The notes below the pieces were generated by a model, which worked only from the letters and a program-made list of their open reading frames with translations, did not search any database and had not been told where the DNA came from. From Thermodesulfobacteriota bacterium (GTDB taxonomy: Bacteria; Desulfobacterota; Desulfarculia; JACQYL01), in assembly GCA_963675595.2 (NCBI GenBank), contig CAXXLZ010000001.1, forward strand, positions 416,001 to 480,000: DNA of 64,000 nt, given 5' to 3'. The translations under genes were made by a program, and so were the position numbers. The first letter of the stretch is position 1; every line of letters starts with the position of its first letter. Positions 8,408 to 18,655 of the stretch are shown in pieces.

Positions 8408-11400
8408 CTATTTCGGAATCCTGATGCGGATATGGGTATCCCCTTCAATCACCAGAGATTCCTCACATTCCCGAAAAGTGTAGAAATCCGTAATGTAGGG
8501 AGTCACGGCAGCCCCCTCCGCTCCGTATTCCCGGTAATCGGTTCCCTCGGAAGTCAAAGGCAATCCCTCCATCCGCAGCCGGACAGGGAACACATAGGTT
8601 TCATACTCGAAGAACAGCAGGGCCGACCGGTCCTCCGAGACTTCACCCTCGATCCCTGCCGCGGCTTCGCCTTCCATGATATAGGTTCCGGAAAAGCGGT
8701 TTTCATTCCAGGTGAGGGGAATCGGCGTCTCACCGTCCGAATTGAAGATCAGCCTTGGAATACACTCAAGATCGGGATCGTCGCTTTCGAACACGAGTCT
8801 CAACCAAACCCGTATGCCCGGATCCGGAAGCTCAAGCGCCACCTTCACGGTCTTGTCCTCCACGTAACCGTTCATGATCAGAATGGTCAACGTGGGTACG
8901 TCTTGGCTCACCGAAACCTCGACCGGTTTGGAAATATCCGTGAGGTACATTTCCCCTCCGGAGGAAAGCATGACCCCCTGGTCGTTCTCCCGGAAGATCA
9001 CCATGCGGACGGCCTCCGCTCCAAGTTCTCCTCCCGTCAGGGAGAAAGACAGGGGCAGTTTGCTCTCCGTCTCCGTCTTGTAGCTCTCAGGCACCACCAC
9101 CTTCACCGCGTAGCAGGACAGCGGCTCCACCGCGTCGAACTCCACTCGCTTGTTGGTCTCGTCCAGGGTCTGGTAGCCCGTGTCGGCCGTGAACAGACTT
9201 GCGGCCAGCTTGTTGGGAACAAAGGCCTCGCTTTCCCGGAAAACGGCCTCCGCCGGGTGTTTGTACGTCCGGTCCACGGCGTAGTTACAGTACACTTCGG
9301 ACAGGCTCCTGGAGGTCCAGAAGGAAACCCACTCGCTGAGAGCCGCTCGGTACAACTTCCGATACGTCGCCATGGTGCGCCCGAACTTGTTCAGTGTCGC
9401 CGTGTACAGGTCCTGGAACAGGGACCCCAGGTAGGACCAGTCGTTGTGGTTGTACATGCGGGTCACGTACACGAAGAAGTCCTGCTTGGAGTAGTAGTCC
9501 TTGTTTTCCCCCCGGTGGGTGTAGTCGTCCACGGCACGGTTCAGGAATGCGAATTCGTCTCCGCCCCCCGTCATCTTTCGCACAGAAGCCGACGGCCCGG
9601 AAATGGACCCGTTGTTGTCCTGGTAGGACTGGCCCACGGGAACGGCCGTACCTTCCCAGTAGGGCTTCAACGAGTGGGTCGTGGAGTCCCAGCCCACCCG
9701 AACGTCGTACCCGGCCTGCACCGCGTGAAGCATTTCGTGAATTACCACGTGCCCCAGGGTGATCCCTTTGGCGGCCAAAGAGGTCTTGATGGCGTTGTAA
9801 TCCAGGTACAGCCGGCCCAGGGCCAACATTTCCTGCTCGGTCCTGCTCACCAAGCTGAAGTTCGCACTCTCCTCCGTTCCCGGTTGGTTGAAGCATACTT
9901 TTCCCGCCACATTGTGTATCAGGCGGGCATGAGGTTCCGTCGTCGTCGAAACCCACAGCTTGGGTCCACGAAACAGGGCGTTGGAGAGTGTTTGAGCCAC
10001 CGCCTTGGCTGCCGACTGGATTTCCCGGACGTTGACTTCCGTCAATGCGTTAGAGGAGTCCACCACGTGCCACGCAAAGGTCTTCCAGTCATACTCCGTC
10101 TGCCATGCCGCTTCGGAAAGGCTCCCCGTGTCCGGATAAAGTACCTGGTCGGGTTGAATCACCACCCCGAACACCCAGCCGTCATACAGCCCCGCCAGCT
10201 CCGCCGTGTACGTCTTGGAGACCGCATCGTATTCCCCGTGCACCGGCAACACCAGCCCGGTGCTCAGCCTGGTCTTCAGGGTCAGGTGAGCCGCATTGCT
10301 CACCGGCCCCGTCACCGGGAGGGAAACCTTGAAGAATCCATCCCCCGAAAGGGGTCCCTCATCCCCACCCACGGAAACCCGAACCACTCCGGATACCGAT
10401 GTCTCCCCCGCCTCTAATATCTCCGACGGGTCTGCCGAGGAAAGGGTCACCGGCTTCCCCGGAATCACGTCGTCGGTCAATTCGATGGAACTCCCCCCCG
10501 GTCCCGTGATCACCTTGGGATTGGGGTTCGGACCCATGCCCGTGAGACTGCACGAAGCCGCCGGAGTCCCCCCGCCGGCGTTCTGCGGTGCGGCGAAGCA
10601 ACGAGCCATGGCCGTTCCCTGCCCGCCGCTCAAAGACAAGGTCAGATGGGCCCCCGCACCCGCCAGGTCCCCCACATCCATTCCGTTTGACAGGTCCGGG
10701 TCCAGAAACACGTAAAGCGTGGACAGGTCCGCCGTGGCGATGACGATGCCCGCTCCCGTATCGTAGGACTGAACGTAGTAGTTCAGGGTCCCGGCCTGGC
10801 AGTCGGGGGACTTCCAGATGCCGTCGTGGGTCGTGACGGACGGGGTGCCGAAATGCTTGGTAATCGGATAGCTCTGCGGCCCGGACCCCGAAGGGGTCAG
10901 CACCGCGGAAGCCTGGCTCGAGGACGAAAAACTCAACGTCAGGTGATGCCCGCCGCCCGCCAGGTCCCCCACGTCGATGCCGTTGGAAAAGTCCGGGTCC
11001 AGAAACACGTGGAAGGTCTGAAGGTCCGCTGTGGCGATGACCAGGGCCGACCCCGCGACATAGGTCTGGATGTAGAAGTTCATGGTCTGGGCCGCGTTCT
11101 TCCATATCCCGTCATACTCCCCCGCAGGAGGAGGCGTTGTTCCCGGAACGTCCGCGCACACGTTGTCGAAACGGGCCTGGGTTCCCGTTCCCTGGGCCAT
11201 GAGCCACAACGTATCCACCACCCAGGGGGCGAAGGAGAAGGTCCCCTGGAAAACGGCCGCGGTGTTCTGCCGGTTGACACGCAGCACCGCCTGACTGTCG
11301 TAGAGCGCGAATCCTACGGAAGTGATGGGGCCGGCAATCGAAACCACGTTGGACTCGTACCATTTTCCTTCGAGCACGTCCCAGGCCATGAGGGAAGCCG

Positions 11401-11788
11401 CACCCTTACCAGGATACACCATGGCCGCGATTCCGTCGCTAAAGCTGCCTCCCACGTCCAGCACGGCGTCTCCCCGGGTGAAGGTGTAAATCCCGAAGCC
11501 GGCGTCCGTCCCGGCATCGAGAACCTCGAGGTCCACGTCGATCTGATACAACGCATCGGTGTAGAAGACGGTTTCCGCCGTGCCGAACCAGCCCGCCTGG
11601 ATCTGCGAAACGGAAAGCTTTCCGCTTTGTTCCATCCAGGTTGCATCATAATAGGACCAGGAATGGGGTGAACTCTCTGAAAAGTCCTCGTAAAAGAATG
11701 CACAATCTTCCGCCTGGACCCCCGCCGCGAACAACAGCGCCAAGCCAAGCCTGCACGTCGCCATAATCCACAACGCTCTTTTGCTCAT
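8408..11788 (-). CDS. Large secreted multidomain protein (~1126 aa) with HEXXH zinc-metallopeptidase motif and an internal two-copy repeat
   Basis: ATG at 11788 with TGGAGG SD; signal peptide ending AGVQA; VIHEMLHAVQ (9725-9739) followed by YWEGTA; two DGIWK...IATADL...FLDPD.SNG.DVGDLAG repeats. Confidence 0.8.
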   Translation of the reverse strand: MSKRALWIMATCRLGLALLFAAGVQAEDCAFFYEDFSESSPHSWSYYDATWMEQSGKLSVSQIQAGWFGTAETVFYTDALYQIDVDLEVLDAGTDAGFGIYTFTRGDAVLDVGGSFSDGIAAMVYPGKGAASLMAWDVLEGKWYESNVVSIAGPITSVGFALYDSQAVLRVNRQNTAAVFQGTFSFAPWVVDTLWLMAQGTGTQARFDNVCADVPGTTPPPAGEYDGIWKNAAQTMNFYIQTYVAGSALVIATADLQTFHVFLDPDFSNGIDVGDLAGGGHHLTLSFSSSSQASAVLTPSGSGPQSYPITKHFGTPSVTTHDGIWKSPDCQAGTLNYYVQSYDTGAGIVIATADLSTLYVFLDPDLSNGMDVGDLAGAGAHLTLSLSGGQGTAMARCFAAPQNAGGGTPAASCSLTGMGPNPNPKVITGPGGSSIELTDDVIPGKPVTLSSADPSEILEAGETSVSGVVRVSVGGDEGPLSGDGFFKVSLPVTGPVSNAAHLTLKTRLSTGLVLPVHGEYDAVSKTYTAELAGLYDGWVFGVVIQPDQVLYPDTGSLSEAAWQTEYDWKTFAWHVVDSSNALTEVNVREIQSAAKAVAQTLSNALFRGPKLWVSTTTEPHARLIHNVAGKVCFNQPGTEESANFSLVSRTEQEMLALGRLYLDYNAIKTSLAAKGITLGHVVIHEMLHAVQAGYDVRVGWDSTTHSLKPYWEGTAVPVGQSYQDNNGSISGPSASVRKMTGGGDEFAFLNRAVDDYTHRGENKDYYSKQDFFVYVTRMYNHNDWSYLGSLFQDLYTATLNKFGRTMATYRKLYRAALSEWVSFWTSRSLSEVYCNYAVDRTYKHPAEAVFRESEAFVPNKLAASLFTADTGYQTLDETNKRVEFDAVEPLSCYAVKVVVPESYKTETESKLPLSFSLTGGELGAEAVRMVIFRENDQGVMLSSGGEMYLTDISKPVEVSVSQDVPTLTILIMNGYVEDKTVKVALELPDPGIRVWLRLVFESDDPDLECIPRLIFNSDGETPIPLTWNENRFSGTYIMEGEAAAGIEGEVSEDRSALLFFEYETYVFPVRLRMEGLPLTSEGTDYREYGAEGAAVTPYITDFYTFRECEESLVIEGDTHIRIRIPK

Positions 11789-12222
11789 AATTGTCCTCCA
11801 GTGAAGGGCAATGCTCGTCCCGGCGGACTGCCCATGACCACGTTTTCCCTCACCGAGTCGCCCGGCTTGAACGTGCCCGTCCCCAGGAGCATCCCGGTGC
11901 AAAGTCGGGAAGCTGCGCGCGGAACCGTCGGCGTGGGGAGTGGATTCTTGCTGGTGGAGACTTGGAGAAACTCTTGTGCTTGTATGAGGTGCCGCATAGG
12001 ACTGGACCCCATGACGGGCGTCTGAATCAAGACGACCTCGGCTGCATGAACACATGCGGATCGGTCGTTATTTTCCCGGCATAGGGGTGTCGTGTGTTGT
12101 ACCCGGAAGAAGATGGTGGTTTTGTAGGCCAAGCCGGTGACGCCCAAAATCTTCCTGACACCGTTTGAACCTCGTGGGAACCGGAAGCATGGCCCCTATC
12201 ATATCCCGATGGTATGTCTTCC

Positions 12223-12251
12223 TAAATACCAAGTGGAGTCGGGGGTGTCAA
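12223..12251 (-). promoter_or_regulatory. Candidate sigma70 promoter upstream of the secreted peptidase gene
   Basis: Minus strand TTGACA-N17-TATTTA with TG extended -10, ~430 bp upstream of the start. Confidence 0.4.
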
Positions 12252-12424
12252 CAGGGCAAGCTTATTTGGGGTTAAGGAAAACGGGTTTTGGGCAAATCAG
12301 TTGTCCCCTCCTGCCTTGATCCTTTAGGCTCCGATGCTGTGATTATTGGAGCACACTTCTGTTCTTTCCAAGAGGGACACCTGCCGCGCTCCACCTGCCG
12401 TGTCAACTTCTGCCTTGGCTGTGC

Positions 12425-12660
12425 CATATAACCACCCCCCGGAAAGGCCCGAACAGAATTCCGCCGACAAAGGCAATCGGCAGCCCGTGAAGACGCAGCG
12501 CCGGCGCAACGGCGTAAATGAGCGAGCAGACTGCGGGAGCAAAGGCCCCATAGCTCTCGATCACTTCACGCAGGGTTTCCTGATCCGGGTATCGGGTTGC
12601 GCCGGTGGTCCGCATGACTCTATGGCGCCCACAACCGCAGCAAGGCCGGCAATCGTTCGA
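12425..12660 (-). pseudogene. Frameshifted, truncated VTT/TVP38 (DedA-family) domain, likely the former C-terminus of the upstream Fe-S protein
   Basis: Shifted frames read IAGLAAVVGAI, then RYPDQETLREVIESYGAFAPAVCSLIYAVAPAL..GLPIAFVGGILFGPFRGVV, a VTT-type motif; ends abruptly. Confidence 0.65.
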
Positions 12661-13966
12661 GCAGGCCCTTCTTCTTCGGAGCCTCGGGGACGTTGAAGGC
12701 TCGTTCACGGGTCACAGCGGAATCGACGGCCTTTTTGAAACGCTTCTTGAGACGGATTCGGTTCAGGTAGGTAAACGGGGCTTTCGCGACTTTGCTTTTC
12801 CCCCGCATAACGGCTTCAGGATCGAAAATGAGATCGAGAACGTGGTCGGTGGGCGTTCGGCGGTTCAGGAACCCGGCGCACCCGGCGCAGTAGGTGACGA
12901 TGCGTCTGTTCCCGGCTTCCTCTTCTCTGATCGTGCCCCATCGGCCGGGGAACTCAGGAGCCAGACAGGCCACCGATCCTCCTTCCCCGCAGCAAACAGT
13001 CTTTACGCCGCTGTGGGTCATCTCTTTCACTTCAAGGCCCTGCTTCCGGATCAGGCGGCGAACGGCGTCGTGAACCGTTTTTTCCGTGCGCACGCTGCAA
13101 GGGTCATGAACCGTCACCATGCCGGATACCGTGCTCAGCGGAATCCATCCATTGCCGGCCAATACCTCGTAAACGGTCTTGACCTTCAGGTCTCCGCCAT
13201 ACCGGGCAAAGACTTTGTGGCAATTGGGGCAAGCCACAAGAACCTCTCCAACGCCGTGATCCGTTAAAAAATTCTTCATCTCGCCGAACATAACGGCGAA
13301 ATAGTCCTCCCGACCCAGGTCGTGGGATATCTTGGTGCAGCAGTCCAGTACGATGCCCAAAGAAGGGACGCTTCTCCTCAATTGTTCAAAAATGGAGAAT
13401 GTCTTGTCCGGTCTTGTGCCGGGCAACGTACAACCCGGGAAGAACACGGTTTCGCATCCTTTCGGCAGGCCGTAGTAGCTGTAACGCCTGGAGGTACCCC
13501 GTCGCTCGTAGCCGAGCAACATCCCGTGTTCGGGATAGACGCCGTGGCCTCGTGCCACGGTTTCGTTACGCATTTGCAGAAACATTTCCGCGGGGTTCGC
13601 TCCCACCGGACACACGATGCCGCACAGACCGCATAGGCTGCACTCGAAGCACATGGCACGCTGTTTTTCTTCAAGGGGATCGTAGCCGTCGGCGATCTGT
13701 TTTGGGCTCCCGTACTTGCGGAGAAACGCACATTCCTTCGCGCAGAAGCCGCAATCGACGCACGTTGATGAGATTTGCTCGAGCTCCCGCCGTAAGGCCT
13801 CCCGCACCGGCAGGCGAGAAAAGTCATGGAGCTTGGGCTTTGCCTTTGCCACGGCGGCTTGCTTCTCTCTTCGATGTTGGTGGATTGCATCCATATTGAG
13901 GAGGATACCTGAAGAGTCGTTCCGCCCAGGTGATTGAAAGACGCGGTCTGCAACGTTGCGCTTCAT
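12620..13966 (-). CDS. Fe-S oxidoreductase with two ferredoxin motifs and CCG domains (HdrD/GlpC-like); start may be at MDAIH
   Basis: CVDCGFCAKEC, CSLCGLCGIVCP, FFPGC, DCC, ACPNC, HDPC, CCG, YCAGC. Confidence 0.85.
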   Translation of the reverse strand: MKRNVADRVFQSPGRNDSSGILLNMDAIHQHRREKQAAVAKAKPKLHDFSRLPVREALRRELEQISSTCVDCGFCAKECAFLRKYGSPKQIADGYDPLEEKQRAMCFECSLCGLCGIVCPVGANPAEMFLQMRNETVARGHGVYPEHGMLLGYERRGTSRRYSYYGLPKGCETVFFPGCTLPGTRPDKTFSIFEQLRRSVPSLGIVLDCCTKISHDLGREDYFAVMFGEMKNFLTDHGVGEVLVACPNCHKVFARYGGDLKVKTVYEVLAGNGWIPLSTVSGMVTVHDPCSVRTEKTVHDAVRRLIRKQGLEVKEMTHSGVKTVCCGEGGSVACLAPEFPGRWGTIREEEAGNRRIVTYCAGCAGFLNRRTPTDHVLDLIFDPEAVMRGKSKVAKAPFTYLNRIRLKKRFKKAVDSAVTRERAFNVPEAPKKKGLLERLPALLRLWAP

Positions 13967-14670
13967 CCCTCGTCACGGGGATGTTCACTATGGGTGCTTC
14001 TCCGGCCTTGAGACTTACGCTCCTTGCATATTGTCATTTTCCAGCGGCCCCATCCCGGCCTTTTTATATGGGCTGAATGCTTGGGCACGTGGATTCCGAG
14101 AGCTGCGGCTCTTACTTCGTGAAAAGACGTGAAGGGTGCCGATGCGATTCATGGGCTCTTACGGGGAGATTCTTATATTTGGATGGGTAATAAGTCAAAT
14201 TGCATCAGTCGATGGATCGGTGAACGATTCATTGGCTCATCCGATGTCCACGTGCCGGCCGTTGAGATCGCGAGAGGGGAAACATCGGAAGACGGCCAGA
14301 TTTCTAGCAGATGCGGTGTCTCTTGAACGGAATGCGCCATGGGAGGAATTCCGGCCGACGGCCGAGGCGCTTGTCTGCAATTGGAAGTGTCCCTCGTCGG
14401 GATTCACTCCACCAAAGATTCGGGCGCCGGACATGGGGTGAAAAGTTCACCGGGGAGTGTCTCTTTTACTATTGCTACGCGGCCGTTGATACGGTATTTT
14501 CAAAATACAGAGAAGGGTTTCGGGTTTCCCGCGGAAAAAGCCGTTGCATGCATCCGCAAGTTTGGGAGAAGGAACGGACCCCTTTTTGCGCCATGGGGAT
14601 TGTTCGAAGCCTCGTTCATTGCTATGATCTATTTGCGTTTGTTTGTCCCCATATACAAGGAGGGCTGGAC

Positions 14671-14982
14671 ATGAAAAGCTGGAGAGAAAGGATTGAGGGA
14701 GTATTTTCGGCCGTTGCTTTCGCGGAGGCGGGCGACAGTGGGACCTCCCTGGAACTGGCCCAATGGAATGCTTGGGATTTTAAGGTTGCAAGATTTCTCC
14801 GTCGCGCGAGCGATTATATGACTGCGGCGGCCTACGCGGAAGCGGGGATGCCGGAAACCGCGCTGTCGATTGTCGAAGTCCCGAAACCCAAGCCGGTCTT
14901 GAAGCTGCGAGCCCGCAATCCGTTTTTGCAAAGTGTGGGTCTTTCCGATGCTCAGGTTCATTTCGGGTTGGCACGGCTTTAG
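14671..14982 (+). CDS. Small hypothetical protein (103 aa) with two A-x-A-[FY]-A-E-A-G motifs
   Basis: ATG at 14671 with AAGGAGG SD; SAVAFAEAGD and TAAAYAEAGM. Confidence 0.7.
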   Translation: MKSWRERIEGVFSAVAFAEAGDSGTSLELAQWNAWDFKVARFLRRASDYMTAAAYAEAGMPETALSIVEVPKPKPVLKLRARNPFLQSVGLSDAQVHFGLARL

Positions 14983-15260
14983 AGCGGCAAGTAGAGGTCT
15001 GGGCACCTTTCCTCGGAGGAGCCTCGGAGGAGGGGTGCGCTTTGCCGGTGGGTTGATGGTTTGGTCCGACTTTCCAAGGGAATGCGCAAGGCGGTTTCGG
15101 TCGATGGTTGCCCAATCAATGGAATGAAACGGATTAATGTGAGTTCTCACGGGTACTGGAAATTTCAGGAGTCTCGAAGACACCAACAAGCGCTTTCCGG
15201 CCGAGCGACCGCTGCGACCCATCTGCCGCCTGGAAAGCCTGATGCCGAAGGAGACGGGTC

Positions 15261-15719
15261 ATGAAGGAGATGAAAGTTCTTTTGGTGGACGACGAGGAAG
15301 ATTTCGTCAAAACTCTTGCTGAGCGAATCAAGATGCGCGATTTGGGGTCGGAGGTGGCCCTCGACGGCGAACAGGCACTGCAGAGCGTGGACACCGATGT
15401 GCCCGACGTAATGGTTTTGGACCTCAAGATGCCCGGAATCGACGGGATGGAAGTCCTGCGTCGCGTGAAGAAGGCCTACCCTGAGGTTCAAGTGATCATT
15501 TTGACGGGCCATGGCTCCGAGAAGGATGAAGAGGAAGCGCGGAGGCTGGGAGTTTTTGAGTATCTTAAGAAGCCCGTGGATCTGGATGTATTGATCAAAA
15601 CCATGAAGAAGGCGTACCGCGAGAAGATGGAGAACACCATGGTTGCGGCGACCTTCGCTCAGGCCGGGGACTTTGATACGGCAAGAAACGTTATTAACGA
15701 AGAAAAAAAGAAATCCTAG
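15261..15719 (+). CDS. Stand-alone response regulator receiver with C-terminal AATFAQAG tail
   Basis: VLLVDDEE, VLDLKMPG, ILTGHG, YLKKP; GAAGGAG SD. Confidence 0.92.
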   Translation: MKEMKVLLVDDEEDFVKTLAERIKMRDLGSEVALDGEQALQSVDTDVPDVMVLDLKMPGIDGMEVLRRVKKAYPEVQVIILTGHGSEKDEEEARRLGVFEYLKKPVDLDVLIKTMKKAYREKMENTMVAATFAQAGDFDTARNVINEEKKKS

Positions 15720-15786
15720 GATTCTTCGAAGGGCATCTTCTGAAAGGCTTCTTCCACGATGAGGGAGCCCGACGGTTTTTTTGGGG

Positions 15787-15824
15787 CCGTGGGTGGGACC
15801 AGGGGTCCTTCCCACGGTTTTTTT
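15787..15824 (+). terminator. Rho-independent terminator
   Basis: CCGTGGGTGGGACC-agg-GGTCCTTCCCACGG hairpin followed by T7. Confidence 0.7.
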
Positions 15825-16165
15825 GGTTTTTTTGACGCGCATATGGGGTTTGGACGGCCCTTTTCCCGATGCCCCGGGTTCCGTTTACCTGATCTCCTCG
15901 TTTCACCGTCGTTCGGGCACGTCATTGCCGAAGACTTGATTCCCGCATCTTCAGCTCTCCCGATCATGGTCGAAGTCCGGTGCCGACAAGCCGGACCCTG
16001 TTGGAGGAAGGGGTTCCCCCGGGATCGTGTGAAAGGTTTCTCGGCTGCCGGGCATTGACAGCACGGCCGGCCGTGACCAAACATGAGTTATCGGCTTATA
16101 CTTTTGGGTCGATGGATTCTTCAGAAAAGCGGCGAAGCGGTTTCACGGCGAGGAAAGGGGCGGAC

Positions 16166-16603
16166 ATGAATACACGAGACGGCGATGCAGAGCAAGCGTC
16201 GGCCCAACAACCGCCGAGGATAAATGAGAATCTACGGCGTCATCCAAGAATGATGCCCGAGAGTGATACCTATGTGGGATTGGGCCCGTCGTTTGAGAAA
16301 TATGGAAAGGTCCTGGATGTCGGGTTGGGGGGGCTCGCCTTCGAGTATTTGGTGGGGGCGAGGCATTTCCCGGACGAGGAGGCCACCGAGGTGGACTTCT
16401 GCATCCGAGAGAGAGATTTCACACTTCGGGCGGTCCCTTGTCACATTGTCTATGATCGGGCCGTCCAGTCCGCGGGGAAATCGGATTCCCACATGAGAAG
16501 GTGCGGGGTGGCATTCGGGAGGCTCTCCACGGAGCAGCGCGAAGGGCTCAACGAGTTTCTCACCCGTCACGTCGTACCCATGTCGGGACAGGCAGCGGCG
16601 TAA
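16166..16603 (+). CDS. PilZ-domain (c-di-GMP-binding) protein
   Basis: RRHPR (RxxxR) and DVGLGG (D/NxSxxG-like), C-terminal RCGVAF; ATG at 16166 after AAGGGG. Confidence 0.75.
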   Translation: MNTRDGDAEQASAQQPPRINENLRRHPRMMPESDTYVGLGPSFEKYGKVLDVGLGGLAFEYLVGARHFPDEEATEVDFCIRERDFTLRAVPCHIVYDRAVQSAGKSDSHMRRCGVAFGRLSTEQREGLNEFLTRHVVPMSGQAAA

Positions 16604-16679
16604 CGACCTTCATTCAAGAGGGGGAGCGCCGGCTGTGCCGGCCTGGTCTGCGACCCTTCGGTCCGGCGTGGATCCCCTT

Positions 16680-16865
16680 TTAATAGAGATAGCTCCAGGT
16701 ATAGGTCAAGGGCCCGAAATCGCGTGCAAGATGGTCCCCGAAAGAGGCGGTTACGGGCCGATGATACGTGGGCACCGGGTAGTAGTAGCCCGAAATTCGG
16801 GGAGCGCACCCCAGTGCCGAAATGAGCAGCCAACCGATGATCAACGCCTTGGCGACAATCTTCAT
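16680..16865 (-). CDS. Putative small lipoprotein (61 aa)
   Basis: MK + hydrophobic core + lipobox SALGC; strong GAGGAGGG SD. Confidence 0.5.
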   Translation of the reverse strand: MKIVAKALIIGWLLISALGCAPRISGYYYPVPTYHRPVTASFGDHLARDFGPLTYTWSYLY

Positions 16866-17182
16866 TTCAATCCCTCCTCAACTGCCGTAGGATTTTCTTT
16901 CCCTCTGGTACGGGGGTCGGATCGAACCGACGGTATCTCCGCAGCCTTCCTGAATATCGGTCGAATCCCGTCAAATCTTTACATATACGCTTGCGGTCGG
17001 GCAACCAAACTTATAGAAAGTCGAGGAAGGAAGGTCGCCGAAGCGATTGGGCCTCGATCGGCATACGGCACGAAGGTTGTTTTGTCGCTTGATTTATGAT
17101 TAATGGGACCTTTTGAAAAAAGAGTCGTCCCAGTGGCCTGCGGGGTAAAGGATATCGTTGTGGAAAGCGGAGGATTCTTCCG

Positions 17183-18655
17183 GTGTTCGTCAATATGAGT
17201 CTGCGCGTTAAGATCGCGCTGCTGCTTTTCTTGTTGATAACGGTGACCCTTTCGGGCGCTTTTGTCACCATCTGGTATGCGGACCGAACGGACGAACTTT
17301 TCGGATCGGTGGCCGATCGGGACGTCAACGCCCTCAGAGCCGCGGAGGAACTTCAGCTCTCCTTGGCCATGCAAAAAGGGTATGTGACGTATTTCTACCT
17401 TTACGGTGAGCCTAAGTGGCTCGATGCTTTGAACGAATTTCATCATCGTTTCAAAGACCTCCTGACCACCGCGAGATCCACGGCGCGGTTGGACAGTGAA
17501 ATCGACATCTTGAACCGAATCGAATCCGGCTATGTTCGATATACGTTCTTCAGAAACCAAGTGATCAAGCTGTATGAGGAAGGGAATCGTGACAAAGGAG
17601 CGTTGCTGCACGAAGATGTGCGAGCACGCTTCCACGAGATCTACGGACTCTGCGATGAGTACAAGTCTCGATTTATCCGCAGCATCAGTGAGGCCAGGAA
17701 GCAGAGCAGCAAGAGGGTGGGCGCCATTACCAGCCTGGCCGTGGGGGCCAGTTTGGGGGTCTGCTTCCTGGGAGCGATTCTCGGCTATATTCTGTTTCAT
17801 CAGATTTTGTCCCCCATTCGCAGGCTGGCACTGGAGAGCAAACCGGAAACGCCTCGTAAAAGGGGCATCGACGACGAAGTGAAAGCGCTGAGTGAACGAG
17901 TCCACGGTCTCATGGAGGATGTGGACGCTACCAAGAACCGCCTTGAGGCGAGCCAGGAACACCTGATGCAGTCGGAGAAATGGGCGGTGGTGGGCAAACT
18001 CGCGGCCGGCATGGCACACAGCGTTAGGAACCCCCTCACATCGGTCAAGATGCGGCTTTTCTCCATCGGACGAAGTATGAACATGTCCGAAACGGAAAAG
18101 GAGGATTTCGAGGTTATTTACGAGGAAATTCGCCATATTGATACAATTGTCCAGAATTTTCTCGAATTCTCCCGACCGCCGAAGTTGAAGATGCAGGATG
18201 TGCACTTGTCGGAAGTGGTGGAGACAACGCTTCAATTACTGCGGCATCGCATGGAATCCTACGGCATCACGGTGGAGGTCAAAAAGGCGGAAGCGTCTCC
18301 CATGGTTCACGCAGATCCGGAACAGCTGAAGGAAGCCATGGTGAACTTACTGGTCAACGCCTGTGACGCCATGCGCGAGGGCGGGAAGATCATCATCGAG
18401 GAAGAGGCCCATAAGGGGGATGGGGAGGGCGCAGATGCCGTTATTCGGATTTCCGATACGGGTCCCGGTATTCCCGAGTCCGTGAGAGAAAAGGTTTTTC
18501 AGCCGTTCTTCAGCACCAAAGAGGAAGGAACCGGACTGGGACTCTGCATTTCGGCGAGAATCATAGAGAGCCATGGAGGTGCCCTGGATTTCACATCGGA
18601 AGAAGGAGTGGGAACAACCTTCATTATCAAGCTGAAAAGCAGCGCCCGCGGATAG
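17183..18655 (+). CDS. Membrane sensor histidine kinase (four-helix-bundle-like periplasmic domain)
   Basis: Two TM helices; H-box AGMAHSVRNPL; N-box NLLVNA; G boxes DTGPGI, GTGLGL. Confidence 0.92.
   Translation: MFVNMSLRVKIALLLFLLITVTLSGAFVTIWYADRTDELFGSVADRDVNALRAAEELQLSLAMQKGYVTYFYLYGEPKWLDALNEFHHRFKDLLTTARSTARLDSEIDILNRIESGYVRYTFFRNQVIKLYEEGNRDKGALLHEDVRARFHEIYGLCDEYKSRFIRSISEARKQSSKRVGAITSLAVGASLGVCFLGAILGYILFHQILSPIRRLALESKPETPRKRGIDDEVKALSERVHGLMEDVDATKNRLEASQEHLMQSEKWAVVGKLAAGMAHSVRNPLTSVKMRLFSIGRSMNMSETEKEDFEVIYEEIRHIDTIVQNFLEFSRPPKLKMQDVHLSEVVETTLQLLRHRMESYGITVEVKKAEASPMVHADPEQLKEAMVNLLVNACDAMREGGKIIIEEEAHKGDGEGADAVIRISDTGPGIPESVREKVFQPFFSTKEEGTGLGLCISARIIESHGGALDFTSEEGVGTTFIIKLKSSARG

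Noticed and set aside
8234-10417. 727-aa plus-strand ORF
   Set aside because: Antisense shadow of the high-GC3 secreted protein gene; Arg/His/Gly-rich, no motifs
11789-12055. N-terminal extensions in the ORF track (also 14311-14670, 15980-16165, 18720-18848, 20520-20759, 58102-58224)
   Set aside because: Downstream starts have SD sequences and match domain or signal-peptide starts; the 20520 extension would run through a sigma54 promoter
17066-17081. CGGCAC-GAAGG-TTGTT as a sigma54 promoter for the kinase gene
   Set aside because: The conserved -12 GC is GT; possible but not supportable
16979-18235. 418-aa minus-strand ORF
   Set aside because: Antisense to a clear histidine kinase; no motifs
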